Assembly: GCA_045544255.1 (NCBI GenBank)
Contig: JAZPYP010000074.1
Coordinates: 9,411 to 73,410 of the forward strand
Direction of reading: 5' to 3'
From: Eubacteriales bacterium
GTDB lineage: Bacteria > Bacillota > Clostridia > Oscillospirales > QAKW01
DNA length: 64,000 nt
Part shown: positions 1-9,549 of the stretch, piece by piece
Numbering within the stretch: position 1 is the first letter of the stretch
Layout of the letters: every line of letters starts with the position of its first letter
Notes under the pieces: model-generated
Database searches by the model: none
Told to the model about the DNA's origin: nothing
Seen by the model: only the letters and a program-made list of their open reading frames with translations
Made by a program: the position numbers and the translations under genes

Positions 1-3000
1 AGATTAAAACAACCGAGGATGTTAGCGCAGGAGAATTAAAAGCGCGGCTTTATTTGAGCCATTCGGTTTCCTTTAAACTCAAGCGCAGCGGGCCATGCAA
101 TTACCAGCTTTCTTTTGTTGATGCGTTAGAAGAAGGCAAGCTCTATAATTTAAAGGCAGTTTATAATGGGATTGAAGTTGATAGCTGGGCGCTTCAAACG
201 AGAATACCTTTTTCTGTTGTTGCGTCATCGCCATCTGAAGGCGGAAATGATATTTTGTCTGCTGTTGAAATATCATTTTCTCATGCTGATGTTGAAGGTT
301 TTGAGGAAGCTTTTTCAATCGAGCCAAAAGTCGATGGTCGATTTGAGCATTATGGGAATACATGGGGATTTATTCCGTCCGCTCCGTTAGAAGAGGGAAC
401 TCTTTATCATGTTACGCTTAAAAAGAGCGTTTTGGGGCCTAATGATGAATCTTTAAGCGAGGACTATTCTTTTAGTTTCCAAACCGATTATGGCCGCTCC
501 TATGCCTATTTGATTAATGGGGAAAGCGGTCCTGCTGATCATTTCTTGGTTAATGAGGCGCCTGTTGCCGCTCTTTCTTGGTCTATGCTCGATATTTCCA
601 AGGCAAAGGTGAAAGTATACCCTCTTAAGGGCGCTGATCATTTTATCGAGGTTTATCAAAAATATGTTCGGTGCGGAATGGTTTCGGAGCAGATTATGAG
701 CGAAGGCGGGGAGCCGCTTTCTCAATTTGAAACAAAGCCTGTTCCGGCAGAAAATTATGGCCCCTATGAAAGCGCTGCTTTCATTCAATATCCCGATGCA
801 TTTCCTAAAGGGTATTATTTTTCTTCGATCGATATTGGTGGCAAGGTTCTTTATCAACTTTTTCAAATAACAGACCTTTCTGTTTTCTCTTTTTCTGTGA
901 ATGAAGATTATGTTGTATGGGTTAATGATGCTGTTAGCGGAGGATCTGTTTCCGGTGAAAAGATTGATCTTGAGGGATTTCAACCCACCAAAACTTCCTC
1001 CTCCGGTATTGCAATTTTAAAGGGTGCAAAAGAGAAAAAAGAGTTGCGTTGCCTGAAAGTCGGCGATGATAACGCGCCTTTTATTGCGATGCTGAAGAAT
1101 GAATCAAAAGAAGAAGCTTTAAAAGAGAATTATTATTCTTATATTTCAAGCAATTCTCCCATCTATCGAATCGGTGAAAAGGTTCAGCTTTTCGGCGCTG
1201 TTTTGCCCCGCACTATGAAGGGGGCAATTCTATCATCGGTTACCTTGAAAAGTGAATTTTTTGAAGAGGATCTTATTCTATCAACAGATCCTAACGGTGC
1301 TTATACAGCAGAATTTATAATGCCTGATGGGGTGAAGGATCCTGTTGTTTCCGTATGGGTGAAAGATACTCTTATTGATTCTATCAATCTGTGCATCATG
1401 CAAGAGGCTCCTAAATATTATCTTTCGGTTTCGACTGATAAAAATGCCTATGTTATTGGCGAAAAAGTAACCTTTTTCGGCTCGATAACGGATTCCAATG
1501 GCGCTCCGGCGGCAAATATATCTATTACAGATGGGGATGACCTCCATGTTGTTAGTGATGAGAATGGTACTTTTTCCGGCAGTTTTTCAATGCCTTATGA
1601 TGAAAACGCAGTATTTGAGCAACTCCGAGTTTCCACTCTGCAACTGCATCCGGAGGAGGATTATACAGTTTTTGGCAGCTGCAATTATTTAGTTCTTGCT
1701 GCAGAATATATTTTGGAATCGGATTTTAAAGAAAATGTTTTATCTATTGGTGCTTTTGCTGCAAATCTTGATTCTGCAAAGGCATGGGATTCAGATTCCA
1801 TTGGGGCAGGAAAATATGATGAAAAAGATTTAAAAGGCGATTCGGCAGAGATTGATATTTACGCGGAGCTTCACGAAGTTCGTTATGAAAAGATCGAGGC
1901 CGGAGAAACCTATAATCCCATCAGCCGCCAGTTGCAAACCAAATGGTCTTCCATAGAGCGCGATTCAATTGCAGAAAAATATAATTTAAAAACCGTTAAT
2001 GGGATTGCATCTGTGCAAATACCGAAGAGCGACAGTAGCAAAAGATATTATGTAAACCTATTTCTTGGTGAGGAACGAAAAATCCCTGCCGGAAAGGTTT
2101 ATTTAAACGATGATCGAGATGATAATCAATATTCCATTGGCAACACCTATGAATTGGTAGCTTCTCAAAATGTTTGCTCCTTGGGAGAGGATGTTTCTTT
2201 TGGGGTTCGCAGAGAAGAAGATCATTCGGTAATTAATAACGGAAGCCTTATTTATATGGTTGTTGGTAATGAGTTGCTGGATGTATCCTATAGTTCTTCT
2301 TCGCGGGTTATCCTGAAATTTAAGGAGGAATATGCACCGGATGCATGGGTTTATGCGGCTTATTTTGATGGAAAGCATTGCCATTATTTGGGAAGAGATT
2401 ATCTCTCTTATCAAAAGGATGATTTCAAGCTTCAAATCGAGATGGAATTATCTTCCGATAGTGCTGTGCCCGGTGAAGAAATTACCATGAAATTTAAGGT
2501 TAAAAATTCCCGTGGAAATCCGGTTTCCGCAACCTTAAATGTTGGGCTGATGGATCGCAAACTCTATTGTATTAATGAATTTTTAGAGCCGGTTGATGAA
2601 ATCTATACCGCCCAAAGTATTTCAACAGATTCTTCTTTTTATTCTTCTTATCGAGATTTTAATCAAATGGAAGATTACGGTATGGGCGCTTTTGATCCGG
2701 AAATCTCTCGGGCATCAGGGTGTAATTATACCGAAGGAACCTTTTGCAAGAATATAGTTACCGATCAAAACGGAGAGGGATCTTTATCGCTTATATTACC
2801 GACCAATTCTGCAGAGTGGAAATTGATCGCAAAGGCAATCACTCAAAATGGTGAAGCAGGCTCAAATGTTTTTGCTCTTTCTCCCCAAAAGAATTTAAAT
2901 ACCCATGTGGTTATGCAGAAAAGCTTTGATATTGAAGAAAAATGCAAGCTTTCCATCATGGCCGAGGGAAATGGATTAACCGGCGAGGATATCTGCCAAT

Positions 3001-4148
3001 TCCAAATCGGGGTTAATGATTCTAAAGGGCAGGAGATTGCAAAGCTCAGCCGTCAGGGGCTTTCGGGGCATTATATTCATTTGGATCTCGGAATTCTTCC
3101 AAGCGGCTATTATATGGTATATATTCAGAACAAAGCAGGGCATTATGAAGATAATGTGATCTTGCCTTTTAATGTGTGTGATCAATCCGAACCCGTTTTA
3201 ATGCAGGAATCAGCAGAAAAGCAAGAGGAATTTTCCTTTATGCTGAAACCTTTAGGTTCTTCTTCTATTATTACTGTTGCTGATCAAAGTATGGCTCTAT
3301 GGCCGCAGGCAATGATCCATTTGCAAAATGCGAAGGGCGCGCAAATTGACCGATTTTTGGCAAAAAAACTGGTAGAGTCATTCTATAATTGCGGCTCTTG
3401 GAAGGAAGCTGCTGCAATAATTCCGAGCGAATATGGCTATGATGGATTGAAATCCTTGCCAACTGATGAGTCTGGTGATTTGAGGGTTTCTGCAATTATT
3501 GCTGCCATTGCCCCGAACTCTGTTGATCGCGCAATGATGGTTGATTATTTTGAAAACTATCTTAATAATCGATATGCTTCTTCTAGTGATCGAATTCTTG
3601 CTTATCTTGGGCTTGGAGCACTGGGCGAGCCAATCCTTGATGATTTGCAATATCAATATAAGCAAGCTGTGGAGCTCTCATCTGAAGAAGCGATCTATAT
3701 GGCATTGGCGTTTGCTTATAGCGGCGATCATCAAACAGCGCGGTTTATTTATGATCAGAAGGTCAAAGCTTTGATTGAGGGTGAAGAGGAACTGTGCATT
3801 CAAAAAGATGGGCAAGCGGATCAAAATATGAGCTCCCTTGCGGCTGTGCTTGCTGCTAAAATCGGCGCTACCGAATGTTCGGGGCTTTTGAATTTTGCCC
3901 TCAATCATTCAAGCGATAATTGCTATTTGAATTATGCCCTTATTGCTTATCTGAAGCATTATGTTGGAGCAGATTATGAGGAGATTCAGGTAACAGTATC
4001 GATGAACGGAAATGTGGAAACTCATCGTTTTCACCGCTGTGCTCCTTTGATTTTGATCAAGGAAGGGGAAGGAGAGGTTCGGATTATTTCTAAAAACTCC
4101 GATCTTTCTGTTCTTTGCGGATACTTCTCTTCCGGTATTCGAAGCTAA
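1..4148 (+). CDS. Alpha-2-macroglobulin-like large protein with Ig-like/MG-type repeats; 5' end lies outside the window
   Basis: The ORF frame is open from base 3 with no upstream stop, so the listed TTG at 54 is probably not the true start. It has repeated beta-sandwich-like segments (e.g. GEKVTFFGSITDSNGAPAANISI, PGEEITMKFKVKNSRGNPVSATLNVGLMDRKLY) and an alpha-helical C-terminal region typical of bacterial A2M-like proteins. I saw no CxEQ thioester motif. Confidence 0.6.
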   Translation, partial: IKTTEDVSAGELKARLYLSHSVSFKLKRSGPCNYQLSFVDALEEGKLYNLKAVYNGIEVDSWALQTRIPFSVVASSPSEGGNDILSAVEISFSHADVEGFEEAFSIEPKVDGRFEHYGNTWGFIPSAPLEEGTLYHVTLKKSVLGPNDESLSEDYSFSFQTDYGRSYAYLINGESGPADHFLVNEAPVAALSWSMLDISKAKVKVYPLKGADHFIEVYQKYVRCGMVSEQIMSEGGEPLSQFETKPVPAENYGPYESAAFIQYPDAFPKGYYFSSIDIGGKVLYQLFQITDLSVFSFSVNEDYVVWVNDAVSGGSVSGEKIDLEGFQPTKTSSSGIAILKGAKEKKELRCLKVGDDNAPFIAMLKNESKEEALKENYYSYISSNSPIYRIGEKVQLFGAVLPRTMKGAILSSVTLKSEFFEEDLILSTDPNGAYTAEFIMPDGVKDPVVSVWVKDTLIDSINLCIMQEAPKYYLSVSTDKNAYVIGEKVTFFGSITDSNGAPAANISITDGDDLHVVSDENGTFSGSFSMPYDENAVFEQLRVSTLQLHPEEDYTVFGSCNYLVLAAEYILESDFKENVLSIGAFAANLDSAKAWDSDSIGAGKYDEKDLKGDSAEIDIYAELHEVRYEKIEAGETYNPISRQLQTKWSSIERDSIAEKYNLKTVNGIASVQIPKSDSSKRYYVNLFLGEERKIPAGKVYLNDDRDDNQYSIGNTYELVASQNVCSLGEDVSFGVRREEDHSVINNGSLIYMVVGNELLDVSYSSSSRVILKFKEEYAPDAWVYAAYFDGKHCHYLGRDYLSYQKDDFKLQIEMELSSDSAVPGEEITMKFKVKNSRGNPVSATLNVGLMDRKLYCINEFLEPVDEIYTAQSISTDSSFYSSYRDFNQMEDYGMGAFDPEISRASGCNYTEGTFCKNIVTDQNGEGSLSLILPTNSAEWKLIAKAITQNGEAGSNVFALSPQKNLNTHVVMQKSFDIEEKCKLSIMAEGNGLTGEDICQFQIGVNDSKGQEIAKLSRQGLSGHYIHLDLGILPSGYYMVYIQNKAGHYEDNVILPFNVCDQSEPVLMQESAEKQEEFSFMLKPLGSSSIITVADQSMALWPQAMIHLQNAKGAQIDRFLAKKLVESFYNCGSWKEAAAIIPSEYGYDGLKSLPTDESGDLRVSAIIAAIAPNSVDRAMMVDYFENYLNNRYASSSDRILAYLGLGALGEPILDDLQYQYKQAVELSSEEAIYMALAFAYSGDHQTARFIYDQKVKALIEGEEELCIQKDGQADQNMSSLAAVLAAKIGATECSGLLNFALNHSSDNCYLNYALIAYLKHYVGADYEEIQVTVSMNGNVETHRFHRCAPLILIKEGEGEVRIISKNSDLSVLCGYFSSGIRS

Positions 4149-4157
4149 AATAAGGGG

Positions 4158-4186
4158 TTGACAATAGACGCGAAAAAAGGTAAAAT
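4158..4186 (+). promoter_or_regulatory. Sigma-A type promoter for the tyrS leader
   Basis: TTGACA (4158-4163), 17-nt spacer, TAAAAT (4181-4186). Confidence 0.6.
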
Positions 4187-4189
4187 AGG

Positions 4190-4458
4190 AAGGACTGAGA
4201 TGGGACTAAGTACCCGTATGCTCTCTTCTTAAGAGAACCGCCGGTTGGTGCGAGGCGGTGAAGATCATGCGCGGGAATACAGCCCGGAGTCTTTTGCGCT
4301 GAAGGAAGAGTAGGTTGCAACGGATGCCCTTCGTTATCGGGGCAGTGGTTCAATTATTTGAACCCAATGAGGAATCCTTTGCGAGAAGGATTTGCCGCAG
4401 AGGTGGTACCGCAAAATTTTGCCCTCTGCTCCCGTTAGGGGGCAGAGGGCTTTAATAT
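4190..4458 (+). promoter_or_regulatory. T-box leader (tyrosine-specific) with terminator/antiterminator
   Basis: Conserved T-box sequence AGAGGTGGTACCGC at 4399-4412. Terminator stem GCCCTCTGC (4421-4429) / GCAGAGGGC (4442-4450) followed by TTT. Tyr codons TAC (4211-4213) and TAT (4217-4219) sit in the stem I region, directly upstream of tyrS. Confidence 0.85.
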
Positions 4459-4472
4459 TAAGGAGAAGAAAG

Positions 4473-5693
4473 ATGCAGATTTATGAAGAATTAGTAGCGC
4501 GTGGCCTGATTGCTCAAGTAACGAATGAGGATGAAATTCGGGATATGATCAATAACGGAAAGGCCACCTTTTATATTGGTTTCGATCCCACTGCCGATAG
4601 CTTGCATGTTGGCCATTTTATGGCCCTTTGCTTGATGAAGCGTTTGCAAATGGCAGGAAATCGCCCCATTGCGCTGATTGGCGGCGGCACTGCGATGATC
4701 GGAGATCCCTCGGGACGCACCGATATGCGTTCTATGATGACCAAAGAAACTATTCAGCATAATTGCGATTGCTTTAAAAAGCAGATGGAGCGTTTTATCG
4801 AATTTGGCGAAGGTAAAGCCCAAATGGTAAATAACGCTGATTGGCTGCTTGATCTTAATTATGTGGAAGTCCTGCGAGAAGTTGGCGCTTGCTTTTCTGT
4901 TAATAATATGCTTCGTGCAGAATGCTATAAGCAGAGAATGGAAAAGGGCTTATCTTTCCTTGAGTTCAACTACATGATTATGCAGTCTTATGATTTTTAT
5001 CATCTTTTTAAAAATTATGGCTGCAACATGCAATTTGGCGGCAATGATCAATGGAGCAATATGTTGGGCGGAACCGAATTGATTCGTCGCAAACTCGGCA
5101 AAGATGCCCATGCGATGACAATTACCCTTTTGCTGACCAGTGAAGGCAAGAAGATGGGCAAAACTGCAGGCGGCGCTGTTTGGTTGGATCCCAATAAAAC
5201 ATCTCCCTTTGATTTTTATCAATATTGGCGCAATGTTGATGACGCTGATGTTCTTAACTGTATTCGAATGCTCACCTTCCTGCCCCTTGAGCAGATCGAC
5301 GAAATGGATAAATGGGAAGGAAGCCAGCTGAATAAAGCAAAAGAAATTCTTGCCTATGAGCTTACTAATTTGGTTCATGGAGAAGAAGAGGCTAAAAAGG
5401 CGGAAGAAAGCGCTCGCGCACTCTTTGGCTCCGGTGATGCTGCCAATATGCCTACCTATCTGGTTGAAGATGAAGATTATAAAGATGGCATGGTTGATGT
5501 GATTACTCTTTTGGTAAAGAGCGGCTTGGTTCCTTCTCGCTCTGAAGGGCGGCGCGCTATGGAGCAGGGCGGCGTTTCGGTTGATGGCGAGAAGATCACC
5601 GACGTTAAATTCGCTTATTCCAAAGAAAAGGTTGATGCCGGCTTTGTTTTAAAAAGAGGCAAAAAGAAATTCATTAAGATTCTCGGAAAATAA
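4473..5693 (+). CDS. tyrS: Tyrosine--tRNA ligase
   Basis: Class I HIGH motif (SLHVGHF), KMSKS-like KMGKT and a C-terminal S4-like domain. Start chosen at ATG 4473 behind AAGGAGAAG; the upstream ORF extension would cover the T-box. Confidence 0.95.
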   Translation: MQIYEELVARGLIAQVTNEDEIRDMINNGKATFYIGFDPTADSLHVGHFMALCLMKRLQMAGNRPIALIGGGTAMIGDPSGRTDMRSMMTKETIQHNCDCFKKQMERFIEFGEGKAQMVNNADWLLDLNYVEVLREVGACFSVNNMLRAECYKQRMEKGLSFLEFNYMIMQSYDFYHLFKNYGCNMQFGGNDQWSNMLGGTELIRRKLGKDAHAMTITLLLTSEGKKMGKTAGGAVWLDPNKTSPFDFYQYWRNVDDADVLNCIRMLTFLPLEQIDEMDKWEGSQLNKAKEILAYELTNLVHGEEEAKKAEESARALFGSGDAANMPTYLVEDEDYKDGMVDVITLLVKSGLVPSRSEGRRAMEQGGVSVDGEKITDVKFAYSKEKVDAGFVLKRGKKKFIKILGK

Positions 5694-6169
5694 TGGGTAA
5701 AGAACTTAAAACAAATGCAATGCGGATTTTGGAGCAAAAAGGAATCCCTTTTCGCATGAATTTATATGAATGCGAGGAATTTATTGATGGGCTTCATATT
5801 GCCCATCAATTAGGTCAAGATCCGGAGCGCTCCTTCAAATCGCTGATCGCAAAAGGGAAGAGCGGGAATCATTATGTTTTTGCTTTACCGGTAGCGGAGG
5901 AACTTGATTTAAAGAAAGCGGCAAAAGCGGCAGGCGAAAAATCTATTGAACTGATTCCGGTAAAGGAACTTTTCGGATTAACCGGCTATGTGCGCGGAGG
6001 ATGCACCGCTATTGGCCTTAAAAAGCCTTTTCCGGCGATTTTTGATGAAACAGCGATCCTTTTTGAGGAGATTATCATCAGCGGCGGAAGAATCGGGGCT
6101 CAAATCCTTATGAATCCGATGGATTTACCAAAGGTGATTGATTGCAGATTTGAGGATATAACAATATAA
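5693..6169 (+). CDS. ybaK: YbaK/EbsC-family Cys-tRNA(Pro) deacylase
   Basis: 158-aa protein with the typical N-terminus TNAMRILEQKGIPF and a GGCTAIG motif. Its ATG overlaps the tyrS stop by 1 nt (TAATG). Confidence 0.8.
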   Translation: MGKELKTNAMRILEQKGIPFRMNLYECEEFIDGLHIAHQLGQDPERSFKSLIAKGKSGNHYVFALPVAEELDLKKAAKAAGEKSIELIPVKELFGLTGYVRGGCTAIGLKKPFPAIFDETAILFEEIIISGGRIGAQILMNPMDLPKVIDCRFEDITI

Positions 6170-6212
6170 AAAAGAGTTGCAAAAAACGAAAGTTTTTTGC
6201 AACTCTTTTGCT
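6168..6212. terminator. Bidirectional intrinsic terminator between ybaK and rnc
   Basis: 17-bp perfect stem AAAGAGTTGCAAAAAAC / GTTTTTTGCAACTCTTT with a GAAA loop and A/T tracts on both sides. Confidence 0.8.
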
Positions 6213-6239
6213 TTTAAAATTTAGAGGCTCATAATTGCT

Positions 6240-6932
6240 TTAGGTTTCGCCCATTAATTTTAATGCCTCTTTTGCTGCTAATTGCTCGGCTTCTTTTTTG
6301 CTTCTGCCTTTTCCTTTCCCGAGCAAATTACTGTTTAAGTAACAATGAACCTCAAAGATTTTAGCATGATCGGGGCCGGTGGAACCAACTAATTCATAGT
6401 GAATTAATTCGCCGGGGTTTTGCTGAGCGATTTCCTGCAACGCGGTTTTATAATCTCGATCCTGATGGCTGATTGAGAGATTTCGAGCTCCTGCTTGAAT
6501 AAAGGGGAGCACATAATCCTTTGCAGCCTGAAATCCTCCATCAAGATATACTGCCGCCAATACCGCTTCAAATGCATCGGAAACAATAGAGGGGCGATTG
6601 CGGCTTCCGGAGCGCTCCTCACCATGACCGAGCAATAAGGCGTTGCCCAAATCCAATTCCTTGGAAAATTCAAAAAGAGAATTTTCGCATACTAATGCAG
6701 CTCTCATTTTAGTAAGATTTCCTTCGGGTAGGGAGCGGAAATGGGTATAGAGATATTCTGCGGTAATCAAGCCAAGAACAGAATCTCCTAAAAATTCTAA
6801 CCGCTCATTGGAACCGGGCACTTCGCTGCGATGCTCATTTGCATAGCTGGAATGGGAGAGCGCGTGGCGCAGCAGGCTTTCATCCTTGAATGAATAGCCC
6901 ATTCGATTTTGCAGTTCTTTGAGATCCTGCAT
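6240..6932 (-). CDS. rnc: Ribonuclease III
   Basis: RNase III signature ERLEFLGDSVL and a C-terminal dsRBD (KTALQE...GKGKGRSKKEAEQLAAKEAL). Confidence 0.95.
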   Translation of the reverse strand: MQDLKELQNRMGYSFKDESLLRHALSHSSYANEHRSEVPGSNERLEFLGDSVLGLITAEYLYTHFRSLPEGNLTKMRAALVCENSLFEFSKELDLGNALLLGHGEERSGSRNRPSIVSDAFEAVLAAVYLDGGFQAAKDYVLPFIQAGARNLSISHQDRDYKTALQEIAQQNPGELIHYELVGSTGPDHAKIFEVHCYLNSNLLGKGKGRSKKEAEQLAAKEALKLMGET

Positions 6933-6934
6933 GC

Positions 6935-7153
6935 TTATTTCTGGATATACTCGATCAAATCAGCAAGAGTTTTCAAGCTTTCAAGATCTTCGTCTTTGAT
7001 CTGCACATCGAATTCATCTTCAATGGCCATGATAACCTCTACCATATCCAAAGAATCTGCACCCAGATCCTCCAAAGTGGTATTTAAAGTTACCATTTCC
7101 TCATCGGTGATCGATAATTGATCCATTACGATTGCTTTAACTTTTTCAAACAT
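6935..7153 (-). CDS. acpP: Acyl carrier protein
   Basis: 72 aa with the phosphopantetheine site LGADSLDMVE. Start taken at MFEKVKAIV; the longer ORF extension has no support. Confidence 0.92.
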   Translation of the reverse strand: MFEKVKAIVMDQLSITDEEMVTLNTTLEDLGADSLDMVEVIMAIEDEFDVQIKDEDLESLKTLADLIEYIQK

Positions 7154-7192
7154 GTTCTCAATTTCCTTTCTGTTGTGTGTTACACAAATAAT

Positions 7193-7221
7193 ATAGTACT
7201 CATTTTGCAAAAAAATGTCAA
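7193..7221 (-). promoter_or_regulatory. Candidate acpP promoter
   Basis: Minus-strand TTGACA (7221-7216), 17-nt spacer, TACTAT (7198-7193). Confidence 0.5.
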
Positions 7222-7226
7222 GTTAA

Positions 7227-8222
7227 TTATTCTTTAACCAAGGATTTTTCAATAATTTGGATCATGCCGCTCTTGGCGAAAGTTTCTGCTTGGCGAATTG
7301 CGTTCTTGAAGGCTTTGGCGTTAGAGGAGCCATGGGCCTTAATAACAGGCTTGGAAATTCCAAGGAGAGGAGCGCCGCCATATTCGGTATAGTCCATCTT
7401 TTTGCGGAATCCGTTGATTTGATCCATCAGCATCAAAGCGCCGAGCTTGGTTTTCAGATTTTTAGTCAGCATCTCTTTAAGAGAGGTGGAAAACATTTTT
7501 CCCCAACCTTCTGCTGTCTTAAGAGCAATATTGCCGGTAAATCCATCGGCCACAACAACATCGCTTCCGCCAAGGGGAGCATCGCGGCCCTCGATATTTC
7601 CAATGAAGTTAATGGAATTGTTTTCTTCGAGTAATTTATAGGCTTCTTGCTGCAAATCAGTTCCTTTGCATTCTTCGGCACCATTATTGAGCAAACCAAC
7701 TCTTGGATTTTCAATTCCAAGGCAAGCGTTCATATAGATGCTGCCCATGGTTGCAAATTGGTTTAGGTATTCCGGCTTGCATTCAGCGTTTGCGCCGCAA
7801 TCCAAAAGCATATAAGGCCCTTTTATAGAGGGCATTACTGCTGCAAGAGCGGCTCTCTTTATTCCGCGAATGCGCTTTACCAGAAGAGTGGCGCCCACAA
7901 GCACTGCGCCGCTGTTTCCTGCGCTGACAAAAGCATCGGCTTTATCTTCTTTCAGCATTTTGAATGCAATCGCCATGGAGCTATATTGCTTTTCTTTGAG
8001 AACAGAGGTGGGCTCATCTTCCATGGTAAGAACATCCGGTGCATCAATGATCTCGATTCCGGCAGAGGAAAGACCGTTTTCATTCATGATCTGGGTAAGT
8101 TCATTCTTTCTTCCAACAAGTAAAATAGAAAGATCTTCGATTTCGGCAACCGCCATGCAGCATCCTTTGATGATTTCAAGGGGTGCATTATCGCCGCCAT
8201 GGGCATCAACAACAATTCTCAT
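7227..8222 (-). CDS. plsX: Phosphate acyltransferase PlsX
   Basis: N-terminus MRIVVDAHGGDNAP and the overall PlsX pattern, in the conserved plsX-acpP-rnc order. Confidence 0.95.
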   Translation of the reverse strand: MRIVVDAHGGDNAPLEIIKGCCMAVAEIEDLSILLVGRKNELTQIMNENGLSSAGIEIIDAPDVLTMEDEPTSVLKEKQYSSMAIAFKMLKEDKADAFVSAGNSGAVLVGATLLVKRIRGIKRAALAAVMPSIKGPYMLLDCGANAECKPEYLNQFATMGSIYMNACLGIENPRVGLLNNGAEECKGTDLQQEAYKLLEENNSINFIGNIEGRDAPLGGSDVVVADGFTGNIALKTAEGWGKMFSTSLKEMLTKNLKTKLGALMLMDQINGFRKKMDYTEYGGAPLLGISKPVIKAHGSSNAKAFKNAIRQAETFAKSGMIQIIEKSLVKE

Positions 8223-8226
8223 AAAA

Positions 8227-9549
8227 TTATTCTCCTTTCAACAACGGGGAATTTTCGATTATTTGATCCAGCGCATCAAGGCTTCGCTGGGAAATCGCCA
8301 TATACCGATCTGCTTTGGAGCGAATCCGCTCTTCAAGAGAGGCGATGATACCAAAGTTAACATTCATGGGCTGAAAGTATTTTTCGCTTGCGGTGCTGAT
8401 ATATTGCCCCAAGGCTCCGATGGCATGGAGATTTGAAAATTGGGGAAGGGGTTGCTCCAGCAAGCGCGCCGCAAGAGAAAGCCCTGCCATAAGGCCGGAA
8501 GAAGCGGATTCCACATAGCCTTCCACCCCTGTCATCTGCCCGGCAAAATATAGCCCTTCTCTTTTTTTAACGCTAAAATCGGCATTTAAAAGGGCAGGGG
8601 AATTCAGATAGGTATTGCGGTGCATTACTCCATAGCGAACAAAATCAGCATTTTCTAATCCGGGAATCATAGAAAATACTCGTTTTTGTTCACCGAATTT
8701 CAGATGCGTTTGAAACCCAACAATATTATAAAGAGTGCCTGCTGCATCATCCTTGCGGAGCTGAACCACTCCATAAGAACGGAGCCCTGTTCGATCATCA
8801 ACCAGTCCAACAGGTTTTAAGGGGCCGTAACGCATGGTGTCTTCCCCGCGGTGCGCCATTTCTTCAATGGGCATGCATCCTTCAAAAACTTGATGATCAA
8901 AATCATGAAGCTCGGCGCATTCTGCATCGCGAAGCGCTTGGTAAAAGGCTAAATATTCCTCTTTGGTCATGGGGCAGTTGATATAATCAGGGGTTCCTTT
9001 ATTATATCGGGATGCAAAGAATGCTTTATCCATATTAATGCTCTCATAGGTAACAATGGGAGCGGCTGCATCGAAGAAAGAAAGATATTCTTCGCCAAAG
9101 AATTCACGAATGGATTCGGAAAGAGTTTCGCTGGTCAGTGGGCCGGTGGCAATGATTACAGCCGGATCATCCGGAATTTCTTTTAATTCCTCTTCCACAA
9201 CATGAATCAAAGGGTGGGAGCGAATGATCTCGGTAATCATTTTTGAAAAAGCAACTCGATCAACCGCTAAAGCGCCTCCGGCCGGCACACCGGTGGCATC
9301 TGCTGCTTTCATGATAATAGAATCAAGCCTGCGCATCTCTTCTTTTAAAAGGCCAACAGCATTGGTCAAAGAAGCGCCGCGAAGAGAATTGGAGCAAACC
9401 AATTCAGCATAATCTGCGCTATGGTGAGCAGGGGTCATCTTTCTTGGTTTCATCTCATAGAGGGTAACCTCGATGCCTCTTTTGGCAAGCTGGTAAGCCG
9501 CTTCGCATCCGGCAAGACCGGCCCCGACAACGATTGCTTTTTTATTCAT
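8227..9549 (-). CDS. trmFO: Methylenetetrahydrofolate--tRNA-(uracil-5-)-methyltransferase TrmFO
   Basis: FAD-binding fold [16 protein letters not shown] and TrmFO/Gid-like sequence throughout. Start at MNKKAIVVG gives an ATGA overlap with the topA stop. Confidence 0.92.
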   Translation of the reverse strand: MNKKAIVVGAGLAGCEAAYQLAKRGIEVTLYEMKPRKMTPAHHSADYAELVCSNSLRGASLTNAVGLLKEEMRRLDSIIMKAADATGVPAGGALAVDRVAFSKMITEIIRSHPLIHVVEEELKEIPDDPAVIIATGPLTSETLSESIREFFGEEYLSFFDAAAPIVTYESINMDKAFFASRYNKGTPDYINCPMTKEEYLAFYQALRDAECAELHDFDHQVFEGCMPIEEMAHRGEDTMRYGPLKPVGLVDDRTGLRSYGVVQLRKDDAAGTLYNIVGFQTHLKFGEQKRVFSMIPGLENADFVRYGVMHRNTYLNSPALLNADFSVKKREGLYFAGQMTGVEGYVESASSGLMAGLSLAARLLEQPLPQFSNLHAIGALGQYISTASEKYFQPMNVNFGIIASLEERIRSKADRYMAISQRSLDALDQIIENSPLLKGE

